64,000 nucleotides of DNA from Bispira polyomma. Its lineage: Eukaryota. Location: assembly GCA_965649765.1 (NCBI GenBank), contig OZ287756.1, positions 42,346,001 to 42,410,000 of the forward strand. Direction: 5' to 3'. The notes under the pieces are model-generated. The model was not told where the DNA came from, did no database searches, and worked only from the letters and a program-made list of their open reading frames with translations. The translations under genes and the position numbers were made by a program. Of this stretch, positions 22,992-35,758 are shown piece by piece (position 1 is the first letter of the stretch; every line of letters begins with the position of its first letter).

Positions 22992-23310
22992 ACCTTATGT
23001 AGCTTAGTGGGTAACACACTTTGCTACTCAGAGGACCTGGATTCGATCCCCTAACCTGGGGCAATAAAGTATAGATTCATAGTGACCCTGCTCCCCACTT
23101 AAAATAGGGGGTCTCTGTCATTGGGTCCTATCTCCAGTACCAGGCTAAAGAACCTTGGTCATCTTCAAACCCCTAACTCCAGTTAGCAGAATGATATTTA
23201 CTGGTGCTGGTTGGCTGTACTTGGGAAGTCAAGAATATAGTTAATTTGTGCTTTGCATACCAGATGGAGGTAGGTATATGTGCACTAAGTATAATTTGGA
23301 ATGCAATGTG
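22992..23310 (+). mobile_element. Older tRNA-derived SINE family 2 (relatives at about 34600-34770, 55416-55760, 57195-57435)
   Basis: A-box-like TAGCTTAGTGG, B-box-like GATTCGATCC, and a shared body GGCTAAAGAACCTTGG...CTCAA...GGTTAATTAGTGCT...ACCAGAT. Confidence 0.65.
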
Positions 23311-25537
23311 TATATTACATTTTCCATTAAAGAATCCTTCATAAAATATATCAACTTGGTCATGTCATTATGAAGGCATGTCCTGATATTTTTATGACTA
23401 TGTTTATTTTGTGGCAATATTGTTCAGACAAGACTGATCATGTTTATGATCTGGCTCCAGATCAGGTAGATATTTGATTTTGACAAAAAGTTGCACAAAT
23501 AGTTTACAATATGCTTCAGGCCAACTGATGAACTCTTTTGAAGTGAAAATTCAATCACAAAACCCACAAAGTCACTGTTATAGATGATGTAAGACCTCTG
23601 TCTAATACTTAGCAGAGGCACTTCAGCTGTGTTGTGGTTATTGTGTAACATTACTACTGCTTGCATGGCTAACTAGTACAATGAATGTTCTTGTTGTACT
23701 AGTTTAGTAATGATAGCAATCTGTACATTTAGTGTAGCAAACTAACTTATTCAATCATGTGTGGCTTGGAGTTTGCTTTATATCGCCTGTAACATTAGGT
23801 TATACTGATCATTGATTCATCAATTTAGCAACCTTCAAAGAGGCTCATAATAGATTCCTGGTAATATTTTCAAATAAAAAGTAGTAACAAAACATAGATC
23901 TGCCTTCTTGCTGGATCCATTCCAAACTTGAATTCGTCTTTCCTGTCATATACTGACTTACTATAACCATATTTCATGTAAATTGGTTAAGTAGTTTTTG
24001 TGTAATCCTGTCGACAACCTAACCAATGAACACAAATATAACCTCTTTGGTGGAGATAATTAACATTTATGAAATATGTAGGTAACCTCCTTGATGTACA
24101 GTATACTACATCAATATCAAATCATCCACTATAAGTGAACTAGGAAACTCCATGTATATTAAAACTAACTTTTTGTTTAGCTGTACGGAAATCAATAAAA
24201 TCATTGTTGGTGCAGAATATTTATACACATGAATATTCTTTTAACAGATGAATCTTTGAGTTTCATGATCTAACATATAGTTTAAGGTTTAGTTGAGATT
24301 GATTCATTAAAGATCTTAAATTCACCCATTAACTTAAACACCATTGATGAAGATCCACTTATTGATGAGGAACACAAGGTTACAATAATTTTAATAGATC
24401 TTTCATATGCATTCAGATATTAGATATCTTTATTTCACATGAAGATATGCACGGGCATTTGTTGTGAATTTAAGGTTATGACCAATGACAAGTATGGGTG
24501 CTGATCTCTATTCAGCTGTAATGCTGAGAGCTTGTGACATCAGAGCTGTCATTAAAGTCACTGGCAAATCCAGAGATACTGGGTTTTGTGAGGATTTTTG
24601 GAACACCACAAAAAATCTACAAACAATGTCCAAATATAGAGTCTGTTTAAATGGTGTCAACTGCAAAAATACCTTATTTACTGTACAATAAAATGCTAAT
24701 CTTTAAATGTATGCAAGCAAATGCATCAATAATTATTTTTAACCATCCTATGGTATTTGTAGAAGTGTACATATTTTTATGGTACAAGCAAGAGCTATCA
24801 TAGTCTTTGTTTTAAACAAACAGAGAGATATCTCAGTAGACCAGAGGTCAACATAACCTTTCGGGTCATACTTCCGAAGCTTTTAAAGAATGCCCCATGT
24901 ATGAGAATATAATTATGAAAATTGTGAAATGACCCAAGAATGACTTTTGGAATACAATCAAAGATTCTGCATATCAGCATTATTTTTAGCTAAAGCATAT
25001 TTTCCTGTCAAATACATATCAAATTACTTAAATTTATAATGTAATATTGGGAGATCCTTTAGAGATCATTTTTTATTACGACCGGACATATGCATCTGTC
25101 AGGTGAATTTATCTAGAGAGGAAATCTCAGTTATAAAGGCTTTCATTGAGCCTTCAACTGTCATTGCCATGAACATTTATCTGACATGGTAAGTATTTAC
25201 TAATTCACAAACAAGTCAAACAACTTGTTGACTACAGACAAAGAAACAAGGACACACTATAGTAATTGCTGAATTAATTAAGACAATGCCTGTTTTATTG
25301 TAGCTACAGACAGGTGTTATTAAATCTCACATTTTTAGCAACTAGTCTTTCTTGTTGTTCCATTAGTGGTAGTTGGTTTGGCTGTATTTAGTAGTCTCTG
25401 CCATGTACATAATGAACATAGCAATATATAGTTTTTACAGTGATTTGCTGAACATAGCTGGCAGTGTGCATGCATCATTCTGACATAAGTTACACAGAAA
25501 AGACATTTATCTGCTACAATTCTACTAGATGAACTTG

Positions 25538-25761
25538 GAAAATTTTAATTCCGCTAAGGCAAAAATCAGAATTTAAATTTGGTCTTTAATTTAATTTTTA
25601 ATTAGGCGAGATTAAAATTCTGTTAGAAAAACTTAGAAAATTTTAATTCCGATTTGATGAAATAAAAATTGTAATTTGGTCTGGGCGCTTAGGCGAGATT
25701 AAAATTTTAATTTGGCCTGGGCGGATTTAAAATCTGCCTGGATTTTAATTTGGCCTGTGAC
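25538..25761. repeat. Degenerate MITE-like segment with AAAATTTTAATT / TTTAATTTGGCCTG subrepeats, ending CCTGTGACA
   Basis: Short motifs are repeated in both orientations, and only one putative terminus is visible. Confidence 0.45.
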
Positions 25762-25913
25762 ATATGCATACAAATTTATCTGAAATGATAAATATATTGC
25801 GGCTGTTTTAACATGTTTGTAGGCGTCGTGTATTGTACATTTTATAAAAAAAAAGTAATTGTGCAGACATGTTAGAATTTAGATAACCTACTCCTAGGCA
25901 TGCAACCAATAAA

Positions 25914-26400
25914 AAAATAGTGCTTTACACTTTCTGATTTTGGCTCTTCATGCAACTATGACCAGACGTTGCAGCTTGATTCAATGTTAAAGATGTGTAT
26001 TGTTTTACCGTTTGTAGCAAACTAACTTAATACATACTATACATCCATCAACTAAGTTCATGCGTAAGATAGAACAATTAACTATGTTAAGATATACCAT
26101 AGAGCTATTAACTAAGTTATTACATACCATAGAGCCATTTACTAAAATAATACATACCATAGAGCAATAAACTAAGTTCATGCATACAATAGAAGCATTA
26201 ACTATGTTAAGATATACCATAGAGCCATTAACTAAGTTATTACATACATAGAGCCATTAATACCACACAGCCATCAACTAAGTTAATACAAACGATGAAG
26301 CCATTAACAAAGTTAATACATACCACAGAGCCATTAAGGAAGTTCATGCATACCGCAGAAACTGTTATATAACTTCACAATATAATAGATCCATTAAGAA
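25914..26400 (+). repeat. Repeat made of a unique 110-bp head plus a 30-bp minisatellite (AACTAAGTTAATACATACCATAGAGCCATT) x~12
   Basis: 30-bp period from about 26020 to 26380. An inverted homologue lies at 29817-30060. Confidence 0.9.
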
Positions 26401-26839
26401 AGCCTTTGGTAAGACTAGTAGTTCTACTGATTTTTTCCTCATAATGCCAGTGTTTTGACAGATAGTAGTTAGACAACTCACAGTGTCCTTGTAATTGGAC
26501 AAAACATGTTTACAGTGGTGGCTGGTCACTATCCCCTGTTTCTGACTTTCATTAAGGGTTGTAAAAATTTAGATCAGACAAACAAAGTATTAAATGACAA
26601 GTTTGCAGATGATTTTATAACATTGTTTCAGAAAATAGACGCACACATTTGTTTTTAGAAATCATCTGCAGTTACCTTTCCAGACAGTTATCTATAATTT
26701 ATGAAAAACAAAACATGTTTAACAAGACTGCTGACAATCAGTTTTGAAATTCAACTCATGTTCATGGTTATCAAATGTGATGTTTTGCCAATATCCATTA
26801 GTTGGTTGGTTTGTTTTATCGCCAACTGATGATTTGACA

Positions 26840-27320
26840 TGCCTCAACGATTCTAAAGTTAACCCACTGGCTCCCTGTTAGGTGTCGGTGTGCTTTTAAA
26901 ACTGCTACAATAGTATATAACTTTTAAGATTCGAAATAATTTAAAACATGCCTATGTTACTACAAGTGTAATGTTAATACCGGGCGAGCTGCTCCCAAAA
27001 GTAGATTCCTTCTTGTTCCAAAATATAAGTCCAAAGTGCACAGGTCAAAGGTTCACATTGATAAAAGTTTTGCAAATAAATAAATGAAATAGGAGACAGG
27101 GGATCAAATGATGCTCCTATCCTATGAAATAGTTTTCCTCAACACATTAGGACAGCTCCGTCCCTGTATTCCTTCCGGCGCAGTTTTAAGACCTATCTGT
27201 TTAATAATGCATTCCCTACATAGTCTCCATAATATTCATGACGACTTCTTTCTGTCTATCATCAATGATTTTTGGCTCCGGCTATGTTTTTGGGGCCTTA
27301 GAATTTGTTACAACAAAATA
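26840..27320 (+). mobile_element. 3' fragment of a second L2-like LINE family
   Basis: Broken translation HWLPVRCRCAFKTATIVY...LLVPKYKSKVH...NSFPQHIRTAPSLYSFRRSFKTYLF. A homologue lies at 47794-48145. Confidence 0.8.
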
Positions 27321-29325
27321 AGCCTGATATTGTATATTATAGCCTTTTCACACATGTGTATCTTTCTTATCCTATAAAACCACATTGCTTGCCTATTTAA
27401 ACTAGAAGGGTATTTACTTTACATAAAATTTGGTGGATGACTGGACCTTGAGCTATCGAAGCACACATAGATACAAAGAGATTATACAAGATTTTTATTT
27501 TCATTTTTTGCACTGTCATGCGGAAATACGCACCTCATCGAATGCCATGCTTTGCTGTTGGCCATTTTGTACCTAGCAGGTGTGGTCTGTCGCCCATAAG
27601 ATAAACATACCATGGGGGTAGACAATCAACATGAACCTCTAGCTCGCACCTACTTTGCAGTTTATTTCAATATAAAATGGTGGCATTGTAATTTGCCAAA
27701 CTGAGTTACCCAATGATGTTGGTGGGATTTCTCAAGTCAGAGATTTATTGTTTATTGTCTGAATTGTGCAGACAGCCATGAAATTACAGCCCATTTCAGA
27801 GCTAGAAATTTAAGCTTATGAAGAGGACAGTTCTGTTCAACTTTTGCAATTCTGTGTCTGTGAATAATAATCCATTTACCCTGTTTGACTAAGCATAACA
27901 ATACAACTATTTGCTGGTATAGTTTGGATATAAGTGTTAGTTAACTGACCTAAATAGTCATATTTGCATTTCTATAACCCCATGTTTTACCCATTCAGTT
28001 AACATATTTTCCCACTGATTCTATTGCCAAATGGTGACTTTAGCCAGCACAATGTTTGTGCCAATAAGCATAGTTACAAGTACACTGTGACAGGCTGTTT
28101 CAGGTACTGCAAAACATACCACAGAAAAACACTTATAAAGGGGTCTTGGTGGCTTATGGTGGCTTCTGCCAGGTCTAGCTATCGTATGTCGTGATCACCT
28201 GTTCCCTGAATAGCAAGACCATATCAAAGGGTTATTTTGGCAATTTCAGCATTGGGTGGAAACTGGAGTATGTGATACTACCATTGAACTTGTATTCCAG
28301 TATAATACAAGTACAAGAACACATTTGCTAGTAATATATAGCAACATACTCCTGTGTTCTGACTCCAAGGATAACTCCTAGTGACATTCCCAATTTGATC
28401 ACACTCAAAGCAACGGTTGTCTTTGCTCCCTTACTCAGAGTGTTTGTGACCCTGACTAAAGTTCCCCATTGTTATATTGCGAAAGTTTGCCATATTTTGC
28501 GACATAAGCTTACTCTTGATTTTACATTCAAGAGTACCCAACCTGTATGAAATCTCTGTAAATGTTGTTTTCTGACCTTTTGTGATTCTGTTATTTGCCT
28601 AACTTGTGGGCTTCCTTGTCTCAATTATGAACTGCCTGCCAAATGTATATGCTTGAGAGCATCTTTTTTTGTTGGCATCATGCATTCTATTGTATTTACC
28701 ACTTTATCGTAGGTGCTTTGGACTTATAATATAAGCATTTTGACTGGTTATTTTACTATCTATGTGCTCAAGCCTAAAGTACCAGTCAGTAATATTCACA
28801 TCTACCTTCTCATTTATTCCCATCACTAACATTTATGGTTACATCTTCACGTTTCTACCATGCCTGGTCATCAGAATGGTGGTCACAACCCTCTGTTCAG
28901 AACAGTATGTTAGATCTAAACAAATAAAGGGGGGTCTCATAAACCATGAAAAAAATAATTGAACACTACCTTGTCATTTTTGTGTAGAAAACAGCCAATT
29001 GTAATATATTTAGGCCAGATTGCAGCTTGTCTGTTTTAATCTTACCAATTACACATATTACCCATTCCATTATGTTTAAGTGTGATATGGTACTCAGAAG
29101 AACATAAGCTCTATGAAAGTGGAAAACAACTGTATATGTCAGATATGACAGGTGCAAGCAAATTTATACAGTTAATCGGTGTCATAAGTTCTATTAATAA
29201 TATCAGGTATAATATAAATAAAGATATACACCTATCACAAAGGTTGTTATATAAATCTAGTGTGTGAGCTGCACGACTTGTGGCATGGATGTTTAACAAA
29301 TGTGACTGCTGTTAAAAGGTGTATG

Positions 29326-29510
29326 GAAATAAGAATTCTGGAGCAATAAACAAAAAATTCTAATTTATTGTCTGGAACAGACAGTGACTTTAAGAGTAAT
29401 AAAGAGGGATATATTACAAGAAATAAGAATTCTGGAGCAATGAACAAAAATTTTCTAATTCATTATCTGGAACAGACAGTGACATTAAGAGTAATAAAGG
29501 GTGATATTTA
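29326..29510. repeat. Tandem duplication of about 94 bp
   Basis: GAAATAAGAATTCTGGAGCAAT...TCTGGAACAGACAGTGAC..TAAGAGTAATAAAG occurs twice. Confidence 0.9.
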
Positions 29511-29558
29511 AGCTATAAAACAAGTAAAATATTCCTATTTCGTGCTCTTGGGCTTCTT

Positions 29559-30117
29559 GGAGGCCGCGGTGGCCTAGTGGTTAGCAAGCATTGCGCTTCA
29601 CAATCACTGGTCTCTCACCTATGGGCGGCGTGAGTTTGACTCCCGTCGAGGCCTATGTGGGAAAGGTGATAGTTCCTTACTGTGGGCTGCTGGTTTTAGT
29701 GCAGAACCTTGATCAACTGTATGCAGTGTTTCCTCCAGCGTTTCCAACTACCCGTCCCAATATAACCTAAACAGGTACTAGAGTAGACGTTTAATATCCC
29801 AATTCAAATTCAAATTCTATGGTATGTATTAACTTAGTTGATGGCTCTATGGTATGTTATAACTTAGTTAACTGTGGTATATCTTAAAGTAGTTAATGGT
29901 TTTATGGTATGCATGAACTTAGTTGATGGCTGTATAGTATGTATTAACTTGGTTTGCTGCATACGGTAAAACAATACACATCCCTAACATTGAATTAGGG
30001 TGCAACGTCCGGTCATAGTTGCATGAAGATCGTATATCAGAAAGTGTAATTCACTATTTTACAATATAACCTAAACAGGTACTAGAGTGGACATTAAATA
30101 TCCCAATTCAAATTCAA
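29559..30117 (+). mobile_element. Composite insertion: full SINE family 1 copy D (29559-29817), an inverted minisatellite-bearing segment (29817-30060), then a second SINE 3' end (30062-30117)
   Basis: A/B boxes and a (CAAATT)n tail. About 55 bp of the SINE 3' end is repeated. The whole unit is flanked by CTCTTGGGCTT at 29545-29555 and 30118-30128. Confidence 0.85.
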
Positions 30118-32659
30118 CTCTTGGGCTTATTATATTGTTGCTTTTTTCGGGGAAATGGATTCTTTATTTATACCCTATTTTGACCACAGTTGCCATAAAT
30201 TAGAAATTGCAATGTATCCACTATCAGCAATTTTATCCTTGACGTTTGGTTAGCCATAAGCCTCCATTTTGACATTATTAGAATTCTTAATACAACATTG
30301 TGCCACTTTGTCCTGACTTTTTGCCTTTATTGGAAACACCATAGGTCAAAATCTGTATCAGTATTTTATGTTGGCTGTAAGGTGTCTTTGTAACTACAGA
30401 AACATGGCATTAGCACAAAAAGAGGCAGTTTCACCTCAACAGTAAGATATTCTGGGTAACATAAAACATTTATGTATCTCAATGATGTTGGAGCAATGAT
30501 CACACTGTATATACCCTATTAAAGTGGCTAATGCCTACACATAGGTATCAATGAATCCTAAACGTCTTCGTGATGTCCTCATCATATTACAGTAGCAACA
30601 CAAGACACAGCCTCAATATAATGAACACAAATACGGGTCTCAGAAGATCACTTACGCCACAGTCACTTGGGAGTGTTTGGCAAAGGGAGATGTCGTGTTA
30701 ATGTCCAAATAATTAGGAGATATTTGCTCATCAATAAGCATCTTTACACGAAGAGGGATTCACATTATTAAACATGGTATATAATATTCCTTGCATACGC
30801 CATCAGTTTAATTGCTGTAAACCAATACATTTCTAAATAATAATCCAGATGCATGTTAAATTGCAACACTTAAATGGGAAATGGGGTTAGACCTGTTACA
30901 ATAAAATAAGATTTGGTTATGACAATCAAGGACGGAACTTTGGGATTAGGTTAGTAGGAAATAGAAATAAAACACTACAACTGCTAAATATTCTGCCCTT
31001 GTCGATAAGCAACAGTATGGTGTCATAATTGTTTCCAAACAAATCTATTTGAATTTGACGGCTGTTTCAGTTCCGGCTATATGTATGCAAAGGTATAACC
31101 TTTACTGCATACACAAGAGTCATCTATGTTGGTAATATGCTCTATAAAGACAATAATGTTAAGGTTTTTGTAACTTTATTATTTTGATGGTTTTTCTTCA
31201 CATAGAAGTAACACATAACGAAGCATGTCATATTTTTATTGCATTTTCCCAAAGCCCATTAGTATTTGGATAGCCTCCATATGAATCTATCGAGACATTT
31301 TGTTTCCATACTGTAGATTTCTATCATTGCTGAGGATGATCAATTCAGTGACGCCTACAATTGTTTAGCTTTTGATAAGCAATAATTCTAAGAAACTTCA
31401 TATGTGGGATTTAACATCAACCAGCTATTTTGTGTGGAGGAAAAGTTGTATTTAAGCATTTGGTTAAGCTAGTCAATAATACTGTTTCCCCTCATTACAG
31501 CAGTGTTTTCACAGATAGCAAGTGTAGAGTTCACAGTATAATTGGAGAAAACCTGTTTACTGTGATATGACTGGTCACTACCCCCTCTCTCATCAGGCTC
31601 TGTGTAATCTCAGTTAGATCAACAAAGTAGAAAATGTGGGGGGTTGTTAATGACGATCATCTGTATTTGTATTACTTTACATATTTATGCTGACATTTGT
31701 GATTCCTCTCATTGCTATGGCTTGTGGATGTATTTATGAATTTTAGTTTAGGAGAAATGTAAAAGTAATATCTAAAGGACACAGATAACTGATGATGACC
31801 AAAATCTACATTACAATAGTTAAACTATCTTGCATAAATTAAAAAAGGTAGTTTTTGTGTAACGTCTGGAATTAATGTGTTGAACACATTTTAAGTCTAT
31901 TACCTTTAACATTAGACCGAATAATCTGTCCCTATTTTAGAAACTAGCTAAATATGGACAGATTGTTCGGTTTACTTTAACATCAAATAAAGTAGCTGTG
32001 TCAGTGGTCTAAGAAGGCCACAAAACTTTGACAATGCACTTTCCTCACACATAACCTTTTGGCCATTGCTAACTATTAGGGAAAAAACCCTCTTTTCACT
32101 GGGGACAAAAAAGTTGCCCTTTTTGTACCAATAAACTCAATAAAACCTAGTAAGAGTTTTGATTCTGGACTTCACCTAAAAAGTCAACCAGCCAAATCTA
32201 ATCAGACTCAATCTGATAGACATCTTTGGGACATTGGGGTGAAAGGCTCAGTCTGTGGAGATATAAAGTTCTTAGAACCAGACTGGACTCAAATAAGGAC
32301 ACTTAGTTGTTTGGGATGTGAGAAGATTAAATTCAATACGATTTAAGATGTTCTTTTTAATAAATAAATTTTATAAGTAGGCAATATATGTGATTGTTGC
32401 TTTTTTTTTTGTTACACCAACCATCAGAATGTTTTGTGGTTATCAAATATTAATAATACCTCATAATTTTAAGGAAATATGAGTTTACATGAAGAATATC
32501 TGGTTGTTTTTTTATTTCAAGTATTTTATTGTAAATAACTTTGTTATTTTTTTCTGAGAATTTTATGGCTTAAGTAAGTTTAAAGAATTGGCTAGGTGTA
32601 ACACAACCTCTGGGATGTTTTTTAGTTCTAAATAGAAGTCTTCAAACGTGGAAAGGGGA

Positions 32660-32883
32660 AGCAACACACTCACCTCCCACCTCTAAGGTCCCTGTTTGAC
32701 TCTCAGCCGGGCCTTTAAGTGGGAAAGTTGGCAGTTGCTTGCCGATGGTCGCTGGTTTACAGTGTAGAATCTTGATCGACTAGTATACACTGGTTTCCTC
32801 CAGCACTATAACTTTCCGTCGAGATATGACCTATACAATATGTTGAAAGCGACATTAAACCCAAATAAGATCAAATCAAATCA
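32660..32883 (+). mobile_element. Diverged SINE related to family 1
   Basis: CTCCCACCTCT...GTGGGAAAGTTGGCAGTT...GCTGGTTTACAGTGTAGAATCTTGATC...GGTTTCCTCCAGC...TTAAACCCAAAT and an (ATCAA)n tail. Confidence 0.75.
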
Positions 32884-33878
32884 TATGACAACCTGTGCTA
32901 TGCTTTTGCACTATCCTTCTCGGAGAACAAGTACCCCAGATGATGTATTCATTCTGTGTAAAAATAACGGAAATAATTGTTACTTGCCAGAAATATTGAC
33001 TATCAAGACTAAAATCAAGGTATCACAGCTACTTCTGTTTAAATAACAGGGTTAATGTCTTTATGTTTTCTTTTGTAAAAATTAAGAATGCAAAATAAAC
33101 CAATAGACTCTTTTGACGGAGGTGATAAAATACATAAAAAGACTACACATTATATATCCACAGTATTGTGCTATAATTTTTCCATTAAATTATTACATGA
33201 CTTGCCATTCAATTCATTGTTTAAAATGCAATGCTTGCAAATCAGACTCAGAATTCAGGCTGACTTACTGCTACGAATAAACTAAATGTTTGTCATTCAT
33301 TTTTTATGTGTAGGTGAATTTTGTAGTTGGCTAACCTCCTCTGGTATAATTACAAGCCTGATTTCAGTCTGTCTATTATAGCTGATAAATGACAGGCTTC
33401 ATTTGAATTGTCCCTTCCATTACACCTATATATTTTTATGGCACAGAATAAAACAGAATATCTCAATCACAGCAGACACAGTTATTTGTCCCACTGAGTC
33501 AGTGATATAATAAAATACACTTAATTAGTCTTATCAGTCCCATTAAGCATTAATAATATTGGCTATGATTGGGCATAAAAGGCAGATTACTCGAACAAAA
33601 GGTAATTACAACCGTCCCTTTGTACATTTGAGACATCACTAGTTACTAATTATTCAATCCAAAAAAATAATGAGCATGACAACTTTACAGCTTTACCACT
33701 ATGGAAACATCATAGTCGTCTTTTTACAAAGACAAAAATAACAGAAAGAGGAAGTAAATATCTAAAGTCTAAAACAGTGACTAACATAGATAAGCACAGA
33801 GTTTTGCTCTAAATTATTTTTACCCTAACCATTAGTTCCCGAAAGTTTTGACCAAAGCATGTAAAAAGTAATATATAG

Positions 33879-33984
33879 ATAAACACCAAGTGGCACTACA
33901 TTATGTAAACTTAATGGAGTATGAGGTCCTTTAGGCTCGAGTACCCATTAAGTTTACATAATGTAAGTGCCACGAGGTGTTTAT
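33879..33984. repeat. Long imperfect palindrome (arms about 40 bp), probably the core of a palindromic non-autonomous element
   Basis: ATAAACACCAAGTGGCACTACATTATGTAAACTTAATGG ... CCATTAAGTTTACATAATGTAAGTGCCACGAGGTGTTTAT. Confidence 0.85.
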
Positions 33985-35712
33985 TATAAAACCAAACCCA
34001 ACTAAAACAACATTTTAAAATAAAATTAACATTAAATTAAGAATGCATCTTTTAATATTTACTTACTGAAATGGTAGAAAAAATGCTACCACTACATAAT
34101 TTTCTAACACTACATTATTAAAAAATAATGTAGTGACAGTTCAATGGCAATGCATACGGCTTGGGTTTTATAAGCAGATAGTGATAAGAAAGCCCACATG
34201 TAAATTGTGTAAAACTGTGTTCAACACTTATATAAGCTATATGTTAATTACTAGACAATATGTTGTCTGTATCAAATAATATAAGCAGATCAGGGCTTGA
34301 GCCTGTTAAAATGAATATACTGGTTTATAATGTATCCCACCCACTTTTACAATTTATAGTTCCAGTCTGAAGCTTTCTACCCATAACTTTTCACTCTAAT
34401 TTCCAAAAAGGAGCCTCTACCAACAATGTTGCCAAAAGTTGGCATTAAGGCTACCAATAAGTCGTTATGTTATGTACCTTGTCTATTGGTAAAATCTGTA
34501 AGCTGCCACAATGTGTTGCTGCATGGCGTATGTTGATTAAATCAAAATTTCAATCTTTTTAAAGGCAGCTCTATATATAGATATATATAGATATGATATG
34601 AACCTTGGGAACGTTGATAATTAGTGATCCTCAACCCTCTTTCTTGAGTTAGGGAAATGGCAGTTGCTGGTGCTTGTTGGCTGTATTTGGGCAGTCAATA
34701 AATGGTTAATTAGTGCTTTAAATAGGTACATAAATGGAAGGAGCATACATTTCAATGCAAATATACAAGGAGGAGTATAAGTTTTATCACTGTCATGACA
34801 TGCCTCTCTCAGTTTCTCTAAACTACATGTGACATTGCCTTATATATGAGTTAGCTATAGTCGTGAAGACATTGGCCTGTAAACTGCTTCTATGTGACCT
34901 TGCTCATTTAGTGGCTGATAAAGGCTGATTGTGTTAAGGCAAGTAAGCTATTAAAGCACGGCAACTGGTGTGACAATGGGTGAAGCGGCATCTTAGAGAA
35001 AGTTGGTTCCCTGTTACAATACTGCTAATAAAATTACTCACTGCTCTGCATATTTGAATATTTTGTCACAGGAGTTTGCTATAGCTATAATCTGTTGCAC
35101 CTTGTTTTTTTTCACAAGACCTAAGTCTATATGTATATGGTAAGCATTCTAAAAAATAAAAATTATGAAATATTTAAACACAATAAAACCTTAATTTTTA
35201 TGTCAATAAATAAGATTTAGAAAATATTGAATTCTTCAGGTGTGATTTTGTCATAAGTTTAAAGAAAAGATGTCTTAAAATAGAGTCGGACAAAACATGG
35301 TTTTCAGGTTTGTGTTGACAGTTCACCTTTGTTGATATAATTTATGACTTGTTGGAAAACGTATGTAATATTTTTTTAACTAAACCCAGTTCTTGTCTTG
35401 AAGAGTAATAGTAGTTTTACAGACACATATGGTGGATGTCGATGGTACTCGGCACTCTTGCAAAATATAACTAGAAGTTGCTGTTTTTATTTGATTGGAA
35501 CAGGCTACAATGAAACCGGACAGCTGTCTATATTTATATGGTAAGCATTCTAAAATTTTTAAACACAATAGAACCTTAATTGTTCTAACTTCAATTATTC
35601 AAAATTTTTGCTTTTGTTATTTTATCCGCGATTCCGTTGACCATTTTTTTTTTGAGGATAACATTAATCCTTTAACAAAAAATTTGGGGGTACATTTTTA
35701 TTTATTTATTTA

Positions 35713-35727
35713 TTTTTTTTTTTTTTT

Positions 35728-35757
<30 letters not shown>
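35713..35757. repeat. Adjacent homopolymers T25-G20
   Basis: Read directly. Confidence 0.95.

Positions 35758-35758
<1 letters not shown>

Noticed and set aside
28130-31100. Possible very old LINE coding remnants (28130-28700, 30400-31100)
   Set aside because: The composition is suggestive, but no RT or endonuclease motif can be read with confidence.
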